Source: Cycas panzhihuaensis (taxonomy: Eukaryota > Plantae > Cycadophyta). Taken from it: a stretch of DNA of 64,000 nucleotides. This document shows, one piece after another, positions 27,699 to 39,145 of this stretch (positions within the stretch are counted from its first letter, which is position 1; each line of letters opens with the position of its first letter). The stretch spans positions 134,423,741-134,487,740 of the forward strand of contig CM041465.1 in the NCBI GenBank assembly GCA_023213395.1, read 5' to 3'. Position numbers and translations under genes: made by a program. The notes under the pieces were generated by a model that was given only the letters and a program-made list of their open reading frames with translations, did not search any database and was not told where the DNA came from.

Positions 27699-27922
27699 CC
27701 CAGCCTACCAGTAGGATCAGCTGGTTGTACCATATCGTATTGCATGACGTTGAGGCACAATCAAATGCCTTGATACCGAGCCATGATCCAGTTCAGTATG
27801 GATACAAAAAGAGAAAAAAAAAATTGAAAAAAATAAAAAACAACCGTAATTCATCTTAGACATAAGTAACAACATCATAATCTGAGAAAATCAAAGGGAA
27901 ATTCAATAGCATACAAGCAAAA

Positions 27923-28476
27923 TATAGTATACATACCAAAAAGGTATGTTACCAGGTACGTACGGTTGAAAAAGTGATCAATTTTGAAAAAATACACTAT
28001 ACGTACCAAGGAAATACACTGAAGTACGCACAATTCAAAAAAGTGACTCAAAATTACACTATACGTACCTGAAAAGTACATAATCAGGTACGCACAGTCT
28101 AAATAAATTTTAAGTGGCTCAATTATATTATACGTATCTGAAAAGTATGCAGGTAGGTACACACAGTGTAAAGAGCAGTAAGTTAAACGAACTACATTAT
28201 ACGTACCTGAAAAGTATGCAAGCAGGTACATACAGTGCAAAGAGAAGTAAGTTAAATGACTACAGTATACGTACCAAAAAAGTACACAAACGGGTATATA
28301 CAGTAGAAAATACACTCAAGTGCTTAGTTACATTTTACGTACCAAGAACGTACGTAATCGAGTACGCATAATGGAGACTCTTAACACTATACATACCGTG
28401 GGCACGTATAAGACAAAATTCCATAAAATGACAAATCATTACGTACCTGTGAGCATTCCCATACAGTACACAGAGT
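27923..28476. repeat. Array of ~9 palindromic 55-70-bp units (element A, between pol and the extra ORF)
   Basis: Unit consensus TACACTATACGTACCTG-AAAAGTAYRYNNN-CAGGTACGCACAGT plus a variable A-rich linker. Confidence 0.88.
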
Positions 28477-28657
28477 GGAACGGACTCCAGAAAATTCGCC
28501 ACACATTCGTACGGCACAGCACGCAAAGAATTCACTCCGGTATGCATCTCAGTATGTAAAGACACAAAAACAGCAAGTGTTCCTCAGAGGTACGTACGTA
28601 GGGTTCTGATTTGTACACTTAGATTATCTTTCTTATTTTTGGGACTCCACAGCCATC

Positions 28658-29743
28658 ATGAGGACAGTAGGGTGCCAGGAGGCATACATACCGAAGCTCA
28701 AGCAGGAGCTACAGGCTCTACCAACTCCATTCCAGGTCAGGGTTAAACAAGCAGGTTGGGGAGACTACATCTACTATAACCCAATGTACTATGACCCTAA
28801 ACTCATGGACCAAATCCTAATGGCACTAAATGAGGACAGTAGGAAAGCTAAAATGGATGCAGACATAGTTCACACCATAACCAGACTTCCAAATGAAGGA
28901 GAAGTACCACTGGGAACAAAAAGGTCAGAAGTTGACCGAGAAATGTAGTTGAGAGAATTATGTCAACCCAACACTCAGATTATATCCGACGAAATCCGTG
29001 TAGCAGACATCATGGATGTTAGACTGCAGTGGGTGGCAAAAGTGATTAACTCCTGATTTTTATCTAAACGGAAGTACACCTACATCCAGGGAGGCATGAT
29101 GCAGGTGTTGTTGAAAATTCGGGATGGGGAAAAGATGAATTGGTCTGAATTCTTGGCAGAAAACATGAGACAGCAGCTCAAGGAGATTAGGACACACCCA
29201 TTCAAACATCCCTCATTGCTTTTGGCAATTCTATTCTATCAGTGTCCAGAGGTGCAGTTGACCAGGACCACTATTTCTCCACAGGAGCCAATCATCAAGC
29301 AGTGGGTAGCAGAATTTCTAGATATAGTGAACAGTCTGGAAGCAAAGAGGAAAGTACAAAAATAGATGCAAAAGGTACTTACCTAGTTACAGAAGGCACC
29401 AAGAACATCCATTCCCTTTCGGACAAAATAGGTTGTCCATAGACGAGGCAAGAGGAAGAAGGGAGAAGAAGAATCAGAGGAGGAGGAAGAAGAAGCAAAA
29501 GCCTCCTGGGAAGAATGGGAAGACTTCCCTCAGGCAATAGAGGCAAGGGAACCTTCAGCACCTCCTACACCACAGGACAAAGCAGGACCCATTATCCAAT
29601 TAATTCAGGAAATGGAGGAAGGGTATAAAACTGAGATAGCTGCCCTTCAGGACAAAATAAAAGAGAAGGATGCTATTATTGCCACCCTGACACAGATAAA
29701 TGAAGAGATTTTGGGAGGATAGAGGCAGTAGGAGTTGCCTTGA
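28658..29743 (+). pseudogene. Element A extra 3' ORF (361 codons), plant-mobile-domain-like or env-position protein
   Basis: ORF pieces 28658-28948 and 29096-29365 share one frame that runs to TGA at 29741-29743. Internal stops are TAG from TGG or CAG. Homologous to 54919-56004. Confidence 0.85.
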
Positions 29744-29838
29744 GACAGAGCGGGGGAGGGATACCCTGAAATTTTGAAAATTTTTAGAGTTTTGTTGAGC
29801 AAGGATGCTCAAACCCATAACTGTTGACCTGGGATAGA

Positions 29839-30650
29839 TGTTGGAGTCTAAAATGATCCTATGGCTATGAGATGACCAGAGGTAGGTCAGGTAACCCGAG
29901 TTTTACAGGTATGGACCGTACGGAGGTATGCACGAGGCAAAATGGCAAAGAAATCGGCATTCTAGGTACGTATGATGACGTACATCAACAAAGGAAATAG
30001 AACCGAGCGGAAGTGGTACGCATGACTCAAAGGGACCAGTGAAGGCCTATTGAGCTGCCAGACATACGTACGGACGTACGAATACAAAGGATAATTAATT
30101 AAGTGCATAAACAAGTGATTAATGGAAAAGGTACGTATGACTGAAGGGGTACGGTTATGACAGGCGGTCATAACCCTCCAGCCAAAAGGTACCAACATGA
30201 GTATTTAAGGAGGTACACATGAACCATCAGGTTAGGGTGAGACCTGATTATCACGGGTACACAAAGGTGCGGAAGCCAGGACGTATGTCAGCCAATTGGA
30301 GCAGCACTATATGATAAGTACCATCTGGGTACACATATGTAACAAAAGGAATGTATGATGCTGGAATGCTCAAGAATGCATTCCAGCCTTTGTGTAATTG
30401 ACTTGATTACTTAATAAAAGGAAGAGTTACATGGAAAGTGGTGTATTCTTTGTGTTGTGATGATGAATTGCTGAGTATGTATTGATTTCTGCATTGTTGT
30501 GTACCATTGTAGTGTAATTCTATGAAATATATGTGGAATGTATGTGAATGACCATGTTGACAGCATCCTGAACTAGACTATAGCACTGTGTAACCTTGAC
30601 AAATGAAATAGGTATCTTGTAAGTGTAATAAGATCCCCCAGTAGTCAACA
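29839..30650 (+). repeat. Element A 3' LTR
   Basis: TGTTGGAG...GTCAACA followed by TSD ATTCC. Confidence 0.95.
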
Positions 30651-33330
30651 ATTCCTACCATTATTATAGTTACATTCAACATCCCCATGGGTCTCACTTG
30701 TAATTGATTGGCCAACTTGATAGAATAATATGGGGCAACCACTTCTAGCCTTCTAGTGAAATCCATGAAGTTTCAAGTAAGACATTCACCCTTAAGCCCC
30801 TGTCCACAATGGTTTTACAAATGGTCATGCCAAAAATACATATGGGGACTTATGGATTAACTACATCCATCTTCAAAGCTCTCATCATTGGCTTCTCAAT
30901 ATGGTCCAAAACCACTTGCTAAAAATATCTAGATTCCTACTATTTGAATACTACAAAATTTAGGATAATGACTCCCAATTCTATTAATAAATCTTTTATT
31001 AATTGTAACCACTCCTAAGGGTTCAACCTTTCTACTTTCTCTTATTGTATAGGTTCTTGGAAAGTTTTTCTTCTCTTATAAATTTACCATTTAAATATAT
31101 TCCCTTGTTGTTCTTTTCCTTATTATATGATATTCAATATGTCTTATAGGGCTTTAACTGCCTTTTAAAGTCCTTCATTTTTTATAGATAGATCTTAAAA
31201 AATCCCTACAATTGGCATTACAGTCTTCTTACTTCGATTTTATAGAAAGGATGACAATTCTTGATTAGGGATTTTGGTTACCAGGTTTCAAGATTAGACC
31301 CTAGCATTGCTATTCTTGGGGCAATTCCATTCATGATTTGATGGTTTGCATTCTTCACAAATATACTCTACTCCTTTTTTCTCCAGGGGACAGTATGACC
31401 AAAAGTGTCCCCCATCTCAAATACAGATGATATTTGATTAGTTTAGTTTTCCCCTCATATCACTTGAAAGATTTGTAGTCTATTCTTTGATAGAAAAAAT
31501 GTCTTACCTCTGGTCTATATCCTTAGCCTTTGATTGATGGCAGATAGTAACACTCCTAAGTACTATGATTATTTCTTCTATAGAATTCACACCATTTCAT
31601 AATTGGCAATTCCTAGTATTCATTACATAGGTGGCCTTGTTGTCCATATGGTAGAGGGCACTATACATTCTCCCTAATTTTTTCCATTTGTCGGCAGGCC
31701 AATTCAGTCCTTAGTTTCTTAATTTCTTGATTTGTTATAATGTTACCAGCTTTGAAATAGGTGGCTGTTATTTCAAATCTTTTATTTCTCTCCTTAAATT
31801 CCCCAATTATAGGTTGGGTCCTATTTGAGGAATGTGCTGCACATTACACCTTAATTATTGAGGTTGTGCTCCTGAGAAATTTATACCTTGTTAGCAACTT
31901 GCTCCTTACAGTTGTGACTACATTCCTATTGGTTAGAAGCTAGCTCCCATTATAAAGTTTGGCCTTATTTGCATCACTGATTACAGATATGTCATCTTCA
32001 TTTGATTTTCAAATTTTAAAGTCAGTTCTCTTACTCGTAATTGTTCATAGGGTGCAATATTACCTTTTCTTTCAACTATGAAATTAATCCTTTAACAAAA
32101 TACTTTAGAGCAAGCATGGAGTTGATTGGGATTATTGGATCCACCTTGTTCATAATTATCCATATTCTCCCATCGAAATTGCTTACTAATTCACCTTGAT
32201 ACTAGTGAATCTCCTTCAATGCTTGAAAAATGGCCATGAGATTGTGTAACTACTATAACTAATCTAAGAATTGAGTCTGAATCTGGTCCCAAATTGGATT
32301 CTAAATGGAGACATATTAGTGACAAGATATAGCAACTCCTTGTACTGTTGAGAAGAATTTGGCTTTGATTTCTTCTTGATCCTAGATCCTCTTGATCTTT
32401 AACATATTTGTGAATAACACAAAATGGTCTCCTAGATCTTTAGATCCATTAAATTGTAGATTGCTAAAGGCTGTGTCATTTTGTATAATAACATAAGGAG
32501 TTGTGTATTGTATTCCTCCTAGTGGCATCAAATTCCCTAGTAACCCACTAGCCAATGGTACATTGACACCCTTACTTCTTCTTATTATCCACGTATAGGA
32601 GATAGTAGTTCCTCCTATTTATAGTTGAATAACCCCCTCCTCCTTGGCCACTTCCTCTAAGACTTATGGCATTGATTGCATATCAATGTGTCCTATCGAA
32701 GAATTTCCAATCATACTCTCCACTTGTAAGGGGTTGCCTCCTAGTGTATAAGGTCTAAACACAATTAGACTAATCATTCCTTCTATGATTATAAAAAGAG
32801 GATTTTTATACTAATTGTAAGGGGTTGGCTCCTCAACTATGGGATGGTCTCATCCTCCACCAAATATACTCTAATTCTCAAAGGGTATATAATTACTTCC
32901 ATTATCTGAAGGATTTAAGTTTATAGATGTTTTCTAAATCAGACTATACTTTTCCATTACTAGTAGGGTCTTTGATTGATGTGCATCTCTGACTCTCTTC
33001 TAGGTCTTGTCTTTTCTCTTCTTCTTGGGCTCCCACTTCTTGAACTAGGGGTAAATGCCCAATTATTTCTAATTTTATAGATTTCTCGTTTTTGTCTTCC
33101 TCTTAGGTTGGTTCCTTTTCTTTCTCCAACCCCATAGGTGGTCTCCTCTTCACCTATTTTATTGGTTGGATAAAAAATCTAAGTTTATGCATCCCTCCTT
33201 ATAATCTCTCATTTGCTCGGTGGTTGACTCTCTCTTGTTTAGTTTCTTTCTTATGGAGTGAAGCTATGGGTTAGTTAGAGCAGTGTGGAGATAGTACGAG
33301 TATAAAGACAAATAAGATGGGCATTTTATA
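30651..33330 (-). mobile_element. Old Gypsy relic, proximal part (gag-PR)
   Basis: Minus strand reads YSIKLANQLQVRPMG (the same protease family as elements A and B), followed by decayed gag-like sequence. Right boundary uncertain. Confidence 0.65.
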
Positions 33331-34381
33331 GGCTTTGAAGGGACCTATACATGTATAGGAAGATTTGAGGATGAAGGCCCTAGGTTTTGATGAATGGTGA
33401 GGCAGGTTTTGCCTTTAATGGCTATACTGTGGGTGAAGGAGAGGTAAGCCATGGCTTGCATGTGGTGCTCGTGGGCAATTAACTTAAGGGGTATGGTATT
33501 TGATGTTTTATTTACTTTATGTATATATTATAATGGAGTGAGAAGTGGCTTGGCTATATTTAGCTTCTTAGCTCCAGAGTTATATATTCGACTCTAAATG
33601 AGTTCTAGATTTTGCTTTAGGTTGAATATTTTAGTTTACTATGGTGGCTTACAAAGCTCCAACTTCATGCTTGCAAGTATAGTTTGGTTTACCATGTGTG
33701 TGTTGCATTATCTGTTATTAATTATGGGCCATGTATTGGGAGATAGTTGGCCTATATATATTGGCTTCATTATTACATTAACATTCCAACCTCTAGATTT
33801 AGTCCTATCCTTATAATTATGGATTTCCTGTGACTCCAGGATTCTATAGTAATTGTGACTTTAATGTTCTTTAGCATATCATCCTTGGGATGGAGTGGAT
33901 AATGATATCTCCTCTATTTTGTTATATGTATATAATATTTCCTATTTGATGAATCATCTATTTTTCAACAAAAAATAAGCGAATCTCCAAGGCAATGATG
34001 TGAATCTGCCATATAATATGCTCTTGATTTGTAACCTTTTTTCACTTTTTGAGTTTATGATTAGATAGTTACACCCAACATTTTCTAACATATAAAATCC
34101 ATCAAGGTACTATGGTATGTACCATAATATCTATAGGAGATGTTATGAGTTGGAATCTACTTAGTGAGGAGAAACTTGAGAAGGCCAAAGGCATGAACTT
34201 CTAATAACATATATTTTAATATTAAAATTATATTAGACATATATTTATACAACATTCAATTACATTAAGTAGTTTCCTTCATTTAGCATAAAGTAAGGTT
34301 TTATATTATATATTTTTTGGTGAGGTGACATTATTTGATATATGAGATTCTCATCCATAGGATTTACAAATATGTAGTAAA

Positions 34382-34820
34382 TATGAGCCATAAAAGGGTC
34401 GGTGGAGATGGAAGAAAGTGGCAAATGAATGAATGCTTTCATCATGATTATATTTTCATTAACAATACCCTAATTTCTTCTAATGTTAGTTGATACAAAT
34501 ACATTTCTAATAATAGAACATATTTTTCTTAGAATCATATTAATAATATATCTTTCATGTGCATTATTACTATTTCATATAAAAGAAATCTTTTATATAT
34601 ATTAATTTTCGTAAGTCATATTATTTGAAACACAAAAGTCTCATCAAGAGGGTTCTTTTTTTCTTTTCCCTTTTTTAAATTGGTCACATAAATAAGCCAT
34701 GAAAATGTTGTTAGAGAAGGAAGAAAGTGGTGAATAAATGAATATTTGCATCATGATTACACTCTCCTTACCAACATTCTCAAGGCCATTTTTAGCATTA
34801 ATTGAGATGAATGACATATT
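34382..34820. repeat. Degenerate direct duplication (~310-bp period)
   Basis: AGCCAT...GGAAGAAAGTGG...ATGAAT...CATCATGATTA occurs at ~34385 and ~34695. Confidence 0.6.
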
Positions 34821-35306
34821 ATTGTAGTAAATGTTTTAAAGCATATGAGCTTGTGTCTTAATAGTAACTTGACTTATTACCTAACTACCCTAAGCCCTAA
34901 TATCTGATTATATTCCCACCATATATTTAGGGTTGTTGGACAAGTAAACTATTTGTTGGTGTTTCTTATCAATTCTAGTGGTTGAAGTGAAGCCAAGTGT
35001 GATTCTTAGGTGATTTTGATGGAATAGATTCCTCTCCTATAAGGAGCCCTGTAAAAGATATTGATGTAATTATCTCCAAAAAAAGAAAAGAGGAAAATGT
35101 TTTTTAAAACATGTATGATACTTTCATCTTAGAGTTTGGAGATCAAAGATCCATCGCATAGCTTGATTGTCATAGCAATTTGTGGAAATATGTTGACTTA
35201 ATGGCAATCCAAATCAACTAATAATAATTTATAGCCATACATGTCTTTTTATTAGCAAAGTAATGAAAACTCATAGTAAATGCAATCGACAATAATATAT
35301 ACACAT

Positions 35307-35427
35307 GCATGACCTAAGATAGTTCAACATAACCTACTAGAAGTCAAAACATGAAAATATGACCACAGGCATGACCTAAGATAGTTCAGCATAACCTATT
35401 AGAAGTCAAAACATGAAAATATGACCA
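35307..35427. repeat. Tandem duplication, ~62-bp unit x2
   Basis: GCATGACCTAAGATAGTTCARCATAACCTAYTAGAAGTCAAAACATGAAAATATGACCA occurs twice. Confidence 0.9.
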
Positions 35428-35729
35428 GATTCTATTACTAACCACCATTAATCCACATTTCTATCTCTTTATAGCAAGTGAGTTGCAATGGGAATACCAA
35501 TTTTTCTTAGTTGAGGAATTTCTTATTTGTATGGCAATGGGGGTTTGCGCACCCATATTATTACCTCAACCCAACCTCCTTGGTGTGGGATTTCTAATGT
35601 CCAAATTTTCACAAGATGACATGATCAAAAGGGTGTAATAATACACTCTAGAACTCATGGGAAGCAACTCAATTCTTGGATTTATATATTTCAATGGAAT
35701 CTGGACAATCCACATGCATACATTTAATA

Positions 35730-36800
35730 AAAACGCGGACGCCAGGGCTTACATGGCAACCCCCATGGGGAAAATAAATAATAAAACGGACCTGAGGGGA
35801 TTTTAAAAAATGATTTAAAGACATGGAACCTACCATTTAACACCACAACCAAGTAAAGATAGGATTTTGTAGGTGCAAGAGAACCGTGCTTTTGTTTTTG
35901 GCACTTTTTCATTTTTCTAAAATAGTGGAGGTTCGGCCGTTATTGGGGTGGAGTCGGAGGACACGTGAAAGTTGGTGGAGGGGCGGCAAGACTGTCCGCC
36001 ACTTAATTTCTCTTCAATGAAATGTCACGGAACCGAAGCCAAAAGGGTCCACCAGGCTGTCGACGTGTCGATCCATGCAGGTTAATAAGTTTTATTTGCA
36101 TCCACTGCGGACTGCACGTGCAATGTATCTATTGGTCAGCCCAACAAACTTTTCAGAACCCCCTACGTTGTCAAATCAAAATTCTTAAGAAATCAATAAA
36201 CAAATCGGAAGAGAATCGCGAGGTTCGAACCATCGGTTCGAACTGAACTTCGGGGTTTGATAACGAGGGCTCAGACCGGGGTTCGAATATCTATCATCTT
36301 CCGTAAACAGGGGCAAGTAGGGGGAGGAGGAGGAGTGCAAATATGATTCTGGGACTTCGAAAATCGCATCCGGAGTTCGAGATTTCAACGGCCTCAATTT
36401 GGGCGGTTTGATCATATTTTTTCGGCGGAAATCTTTGTTGAATCGATTTGCTGGGTCAAAACCCGCCCGGAGACCCTTTTTTCGGCGAGAGCCCGCGTAT
36501 AAAGGAGATAGATACTGCCGTTTAAAAAAGCAATCAATCCAGGAAAACGAGAAATCGGCCGCTTATTGAAGCTCGAAGCATCGTGAACTACAATTTCCGA
36601 CGCATCCTTATTTCCGGAACCTTGATTTGAACGGCGGAAGCGATTTCCTCGGTAACAATTCTTGTATATAGTGATCTAAGCGGGTTCCTGTAAAATTTTA
36701 CGCAATCCATATTAAATTTGCCGTTTTTTAAATTCTTAGATGCCATATGTCGCAATGTCCGATGTATCAGCAGCACCGAAGCATTATCTTATTGATTGGT
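35730..36800 (+). promoter_or_regulatory. CpG-rich promoter and 5' leader of the PP2C gene with ACGT-core elements
   Basis: CpG is abruptly retained relative to the flanks. GACACGTG at 35960-35967, ACGTGTC at 36063-36069 and CACGTG at 36115-36120. The TSS cannot be determined. Confidence 0.6.
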
Positions 36801-37468
36801 ATTTTTAAATGAGTTGCTCAGGTCTCGTCTTTAATGTTCTGAGAACAGGGAATTCTGTTTGTATTTTTCGTTCAAAATTTCCAAGGGTCCTCTGATGCAT
36901 CTTCAATTCTGGAGAATTATTTCATTTGCAAATCTTCAATCGTAGACGATTATAGACGTTCGTTAACTTTTTTCCTTTTTCTCGTGGAGTCTTTTAAGTG
37001 TCGGCTCAATATGCACTGAAGTTGAGCTAAATTTACTTGAAACATGCACCTTCAAGCAGCTATTTTGCATCTCAGAGGCGTCGGAGCTTTAATGATGCGA
37101 TTCTGTTGGTAATAGCTTGGCAATTTCCAATGCAAAATTGGAGATCTTTGCGAATTTACCTATTGTAAGCAATCGACCAGGAAGTTCTGTTGCAAGATGT
37201 AGGTTATGATATATTTCAAGCAATTGGACGCTAAGCCCTGTGCAAGGTGCAGCCATTGCTATTTTTGGAAGTTATTGGCGGGGAACTCTTGTGCAAGGTG
37301 TAATTCTTGCCATATTGTGAGAGTTTTAATTTGAAATCCTGGTGAAAAGTGTAAATTCTGCTGTTTGAAAGTATTTGGCCGCAAAATCCGGGTTCAAGGT
37401 TTGAAGTATATGATTTTGTGGCCTAGATCACAGTGGATCTCTTGGAGAGCAATTCTTTGGCCCTTGGA

Positions 37469-37711
37469 ATGGGGTCCTGCTTGTCTACATGTGACGGAGG
37501 AAATGATGCCTCGCCTCAGGCTAAAGGAAAGCCCTGGGAAAAGGAACTTGAAAAGGAAGCTGTTGAAGCTTTAGCAACAGAAGCAAAGAAGGACAAGCAG
37601 CTTGCTGGTCTTCCAGGCAGGTTGTGTGTAAATGGATCCACAAGTGTTGCATCGATTTACTCACAGCAAGGGAAAAAAGGAACAAATCAGGATTGCATGA
37701 TCGTTTGGGAG
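37469..37711 (+). CDS. PP2C coding exon 1
   Basis: MGSCLS...NQDCMIVWE; donor GAG|GTATTC. Confidence 0.92.
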
Positions 37712-39099
37712 GTATTCCGTTTTGATTGCTTGCCTGCCTTTATTGTCAAAGAAGCTTAATCCTTCTAGATCAGAGTTGAAAATTGAATAAAGTAGCTCCA
37801 AATGTGGGAAAATGTTCAATAACTTCCCGATAATCTTCATAGTTGTAAAAGAGACAAATATGTATGGCCCCTTTGCTGTTGTTTTTTTTTTAATGATATG
37901 CAAATACTATATTTGGATCATTAGATTGTATTTCTGCTTTCATAATTCTACGTTTTGATAATTTCAGGATTTCGGATCACGTGAAGATAGAGTCTTTTGT
38001 GGCGTTTTTGATGGGCATGGTCCTTACGGACATTTGGTGGCCAGAAGAGTCAGAGACTCCCTGCCTTCGACATTAATTGGTCAATGGCAAGAGCTTCTTC
38101 CTGCTATATCGGTCACTTCAGAGGGAAATCCATCCAAGATTCCTGAGGAAGTAAATGAAAATGAATTGAAGGATGATTCTGAACCATGCAAAGGGTCGCA
38201 GATGTTTGCTGTATGGAAAGAATCGCACCTAAGAGCTTTCAAGGTGATGGATAAGGAACTCAGATTGCATCCAGGTTTGGATTGCTTTTGCAGTGGAACA
38301 ACTGCCGTCACTGTTCTTAAACAGGTAGCTTAAGTTTAGCCCCTTCATAAGGCTTTTGATCTTCTCTGAGATGCTGATGACTTAATCTCACGTAACACAG
38401 CTGTATCCATAATTAAAATGCAGTCATACAGTCTCATTAGGAGCACACGGTCTATGCATATACCGATTTTGCTCCTAAGTGCTCTTTTCCTGTCTTTATA
38501 GAATTTGGAATAGGCCAAATAACATGAAGGGTTTCTTTTAAACCCAGCATTTAAAACGGCAAATATTTGAGACATTCTTCTAAGCTTTGACCCTGTTGTC
38601 TGCATTGGAAAAGAAACAGTGGCTGCTGAAAAAAACGAACACCCTAGAAGAGGAAGAATTCTTCAGTGGGAAAGTGTGAAATACGCTCACAGTAGTCGAA
38701 GTCGAGTTAGAAAGAAGAGAAGTGTTTGTTCTTTTTGGGAGTTGCCCTCGTTTGCATAGAATCACCAATACTTGTGCATTGTCGCCGCTTTGAAGCCAGC
38801 CACCAGTCGAGAACATTTGCTTAGTGCTCAGAGATGCCGCCTTTATTTGCTTCAGAGCTCTTTGATGATTCTATGCTTTCAATGCTTGCGGAGAGGAGCA
38901 CCCCTGTCATGACCTCCTGATCACCAAATTCGAAATACTTTGGGCAGGGTTATATGATTATATTATTTTTTTGTTTTGTGACGAGCTTGTTTAAACGAAG
39001 TGTATTTTAAAAAAATCCGTCAATTTACCCTAACTTTTCTTGTTTATATATGTTTTATGTCTATACTATTTTTTTTCCGTTTGTTTATACATGTTTGAT

Positions 39100-39145
<46 letters not shown>

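Larger units (their letters stand above)
20009..30650 (+). mobile_element. Gypsy element A: full-length non-chromovirus (Athila-related, no extra archaeal-type RNase H) with a 3' extra ORF
   Basis: LTRs 20009-20847 and 29839-30650; perfect TSD ATTCC (20004-20008, 30651-30655); PBS at 20849-20861; domain order gag-PR-RT-RH-INT; no chromodomain. Confidence 0.96.

Noticed and set aside
27703-27804. Hammerhead ribozyme in the post-pol block
   Set aside because: The CUGANGA core is absent and GAAA is not conserved in both copies.
27923-28476. CRISPR array (palindromic repeats with variable spacers)
   Set aside because: It lies in a plant retrotransposon with no cas genes. The repeats are degenerate and the linkers are A-rich and related to one another rather than unique spacers.
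27875-28565. Overlapping ORFs of 76-146 aa across the array
   Set aside because: These are by-products of repeat periodicity and have no counterpart in the element B array.
28658-29743. True retroviral envelope gene
   Set aside because: No signal peptide or convincing transmembrane helix is visible; only the position is env-like.
37433-37468. N-terminal extension of PP2C from the ORF-track start at 37433
   Set aside because: That start is a GTG codon. The family-typical MGSCLS start at 37469 is preferred.
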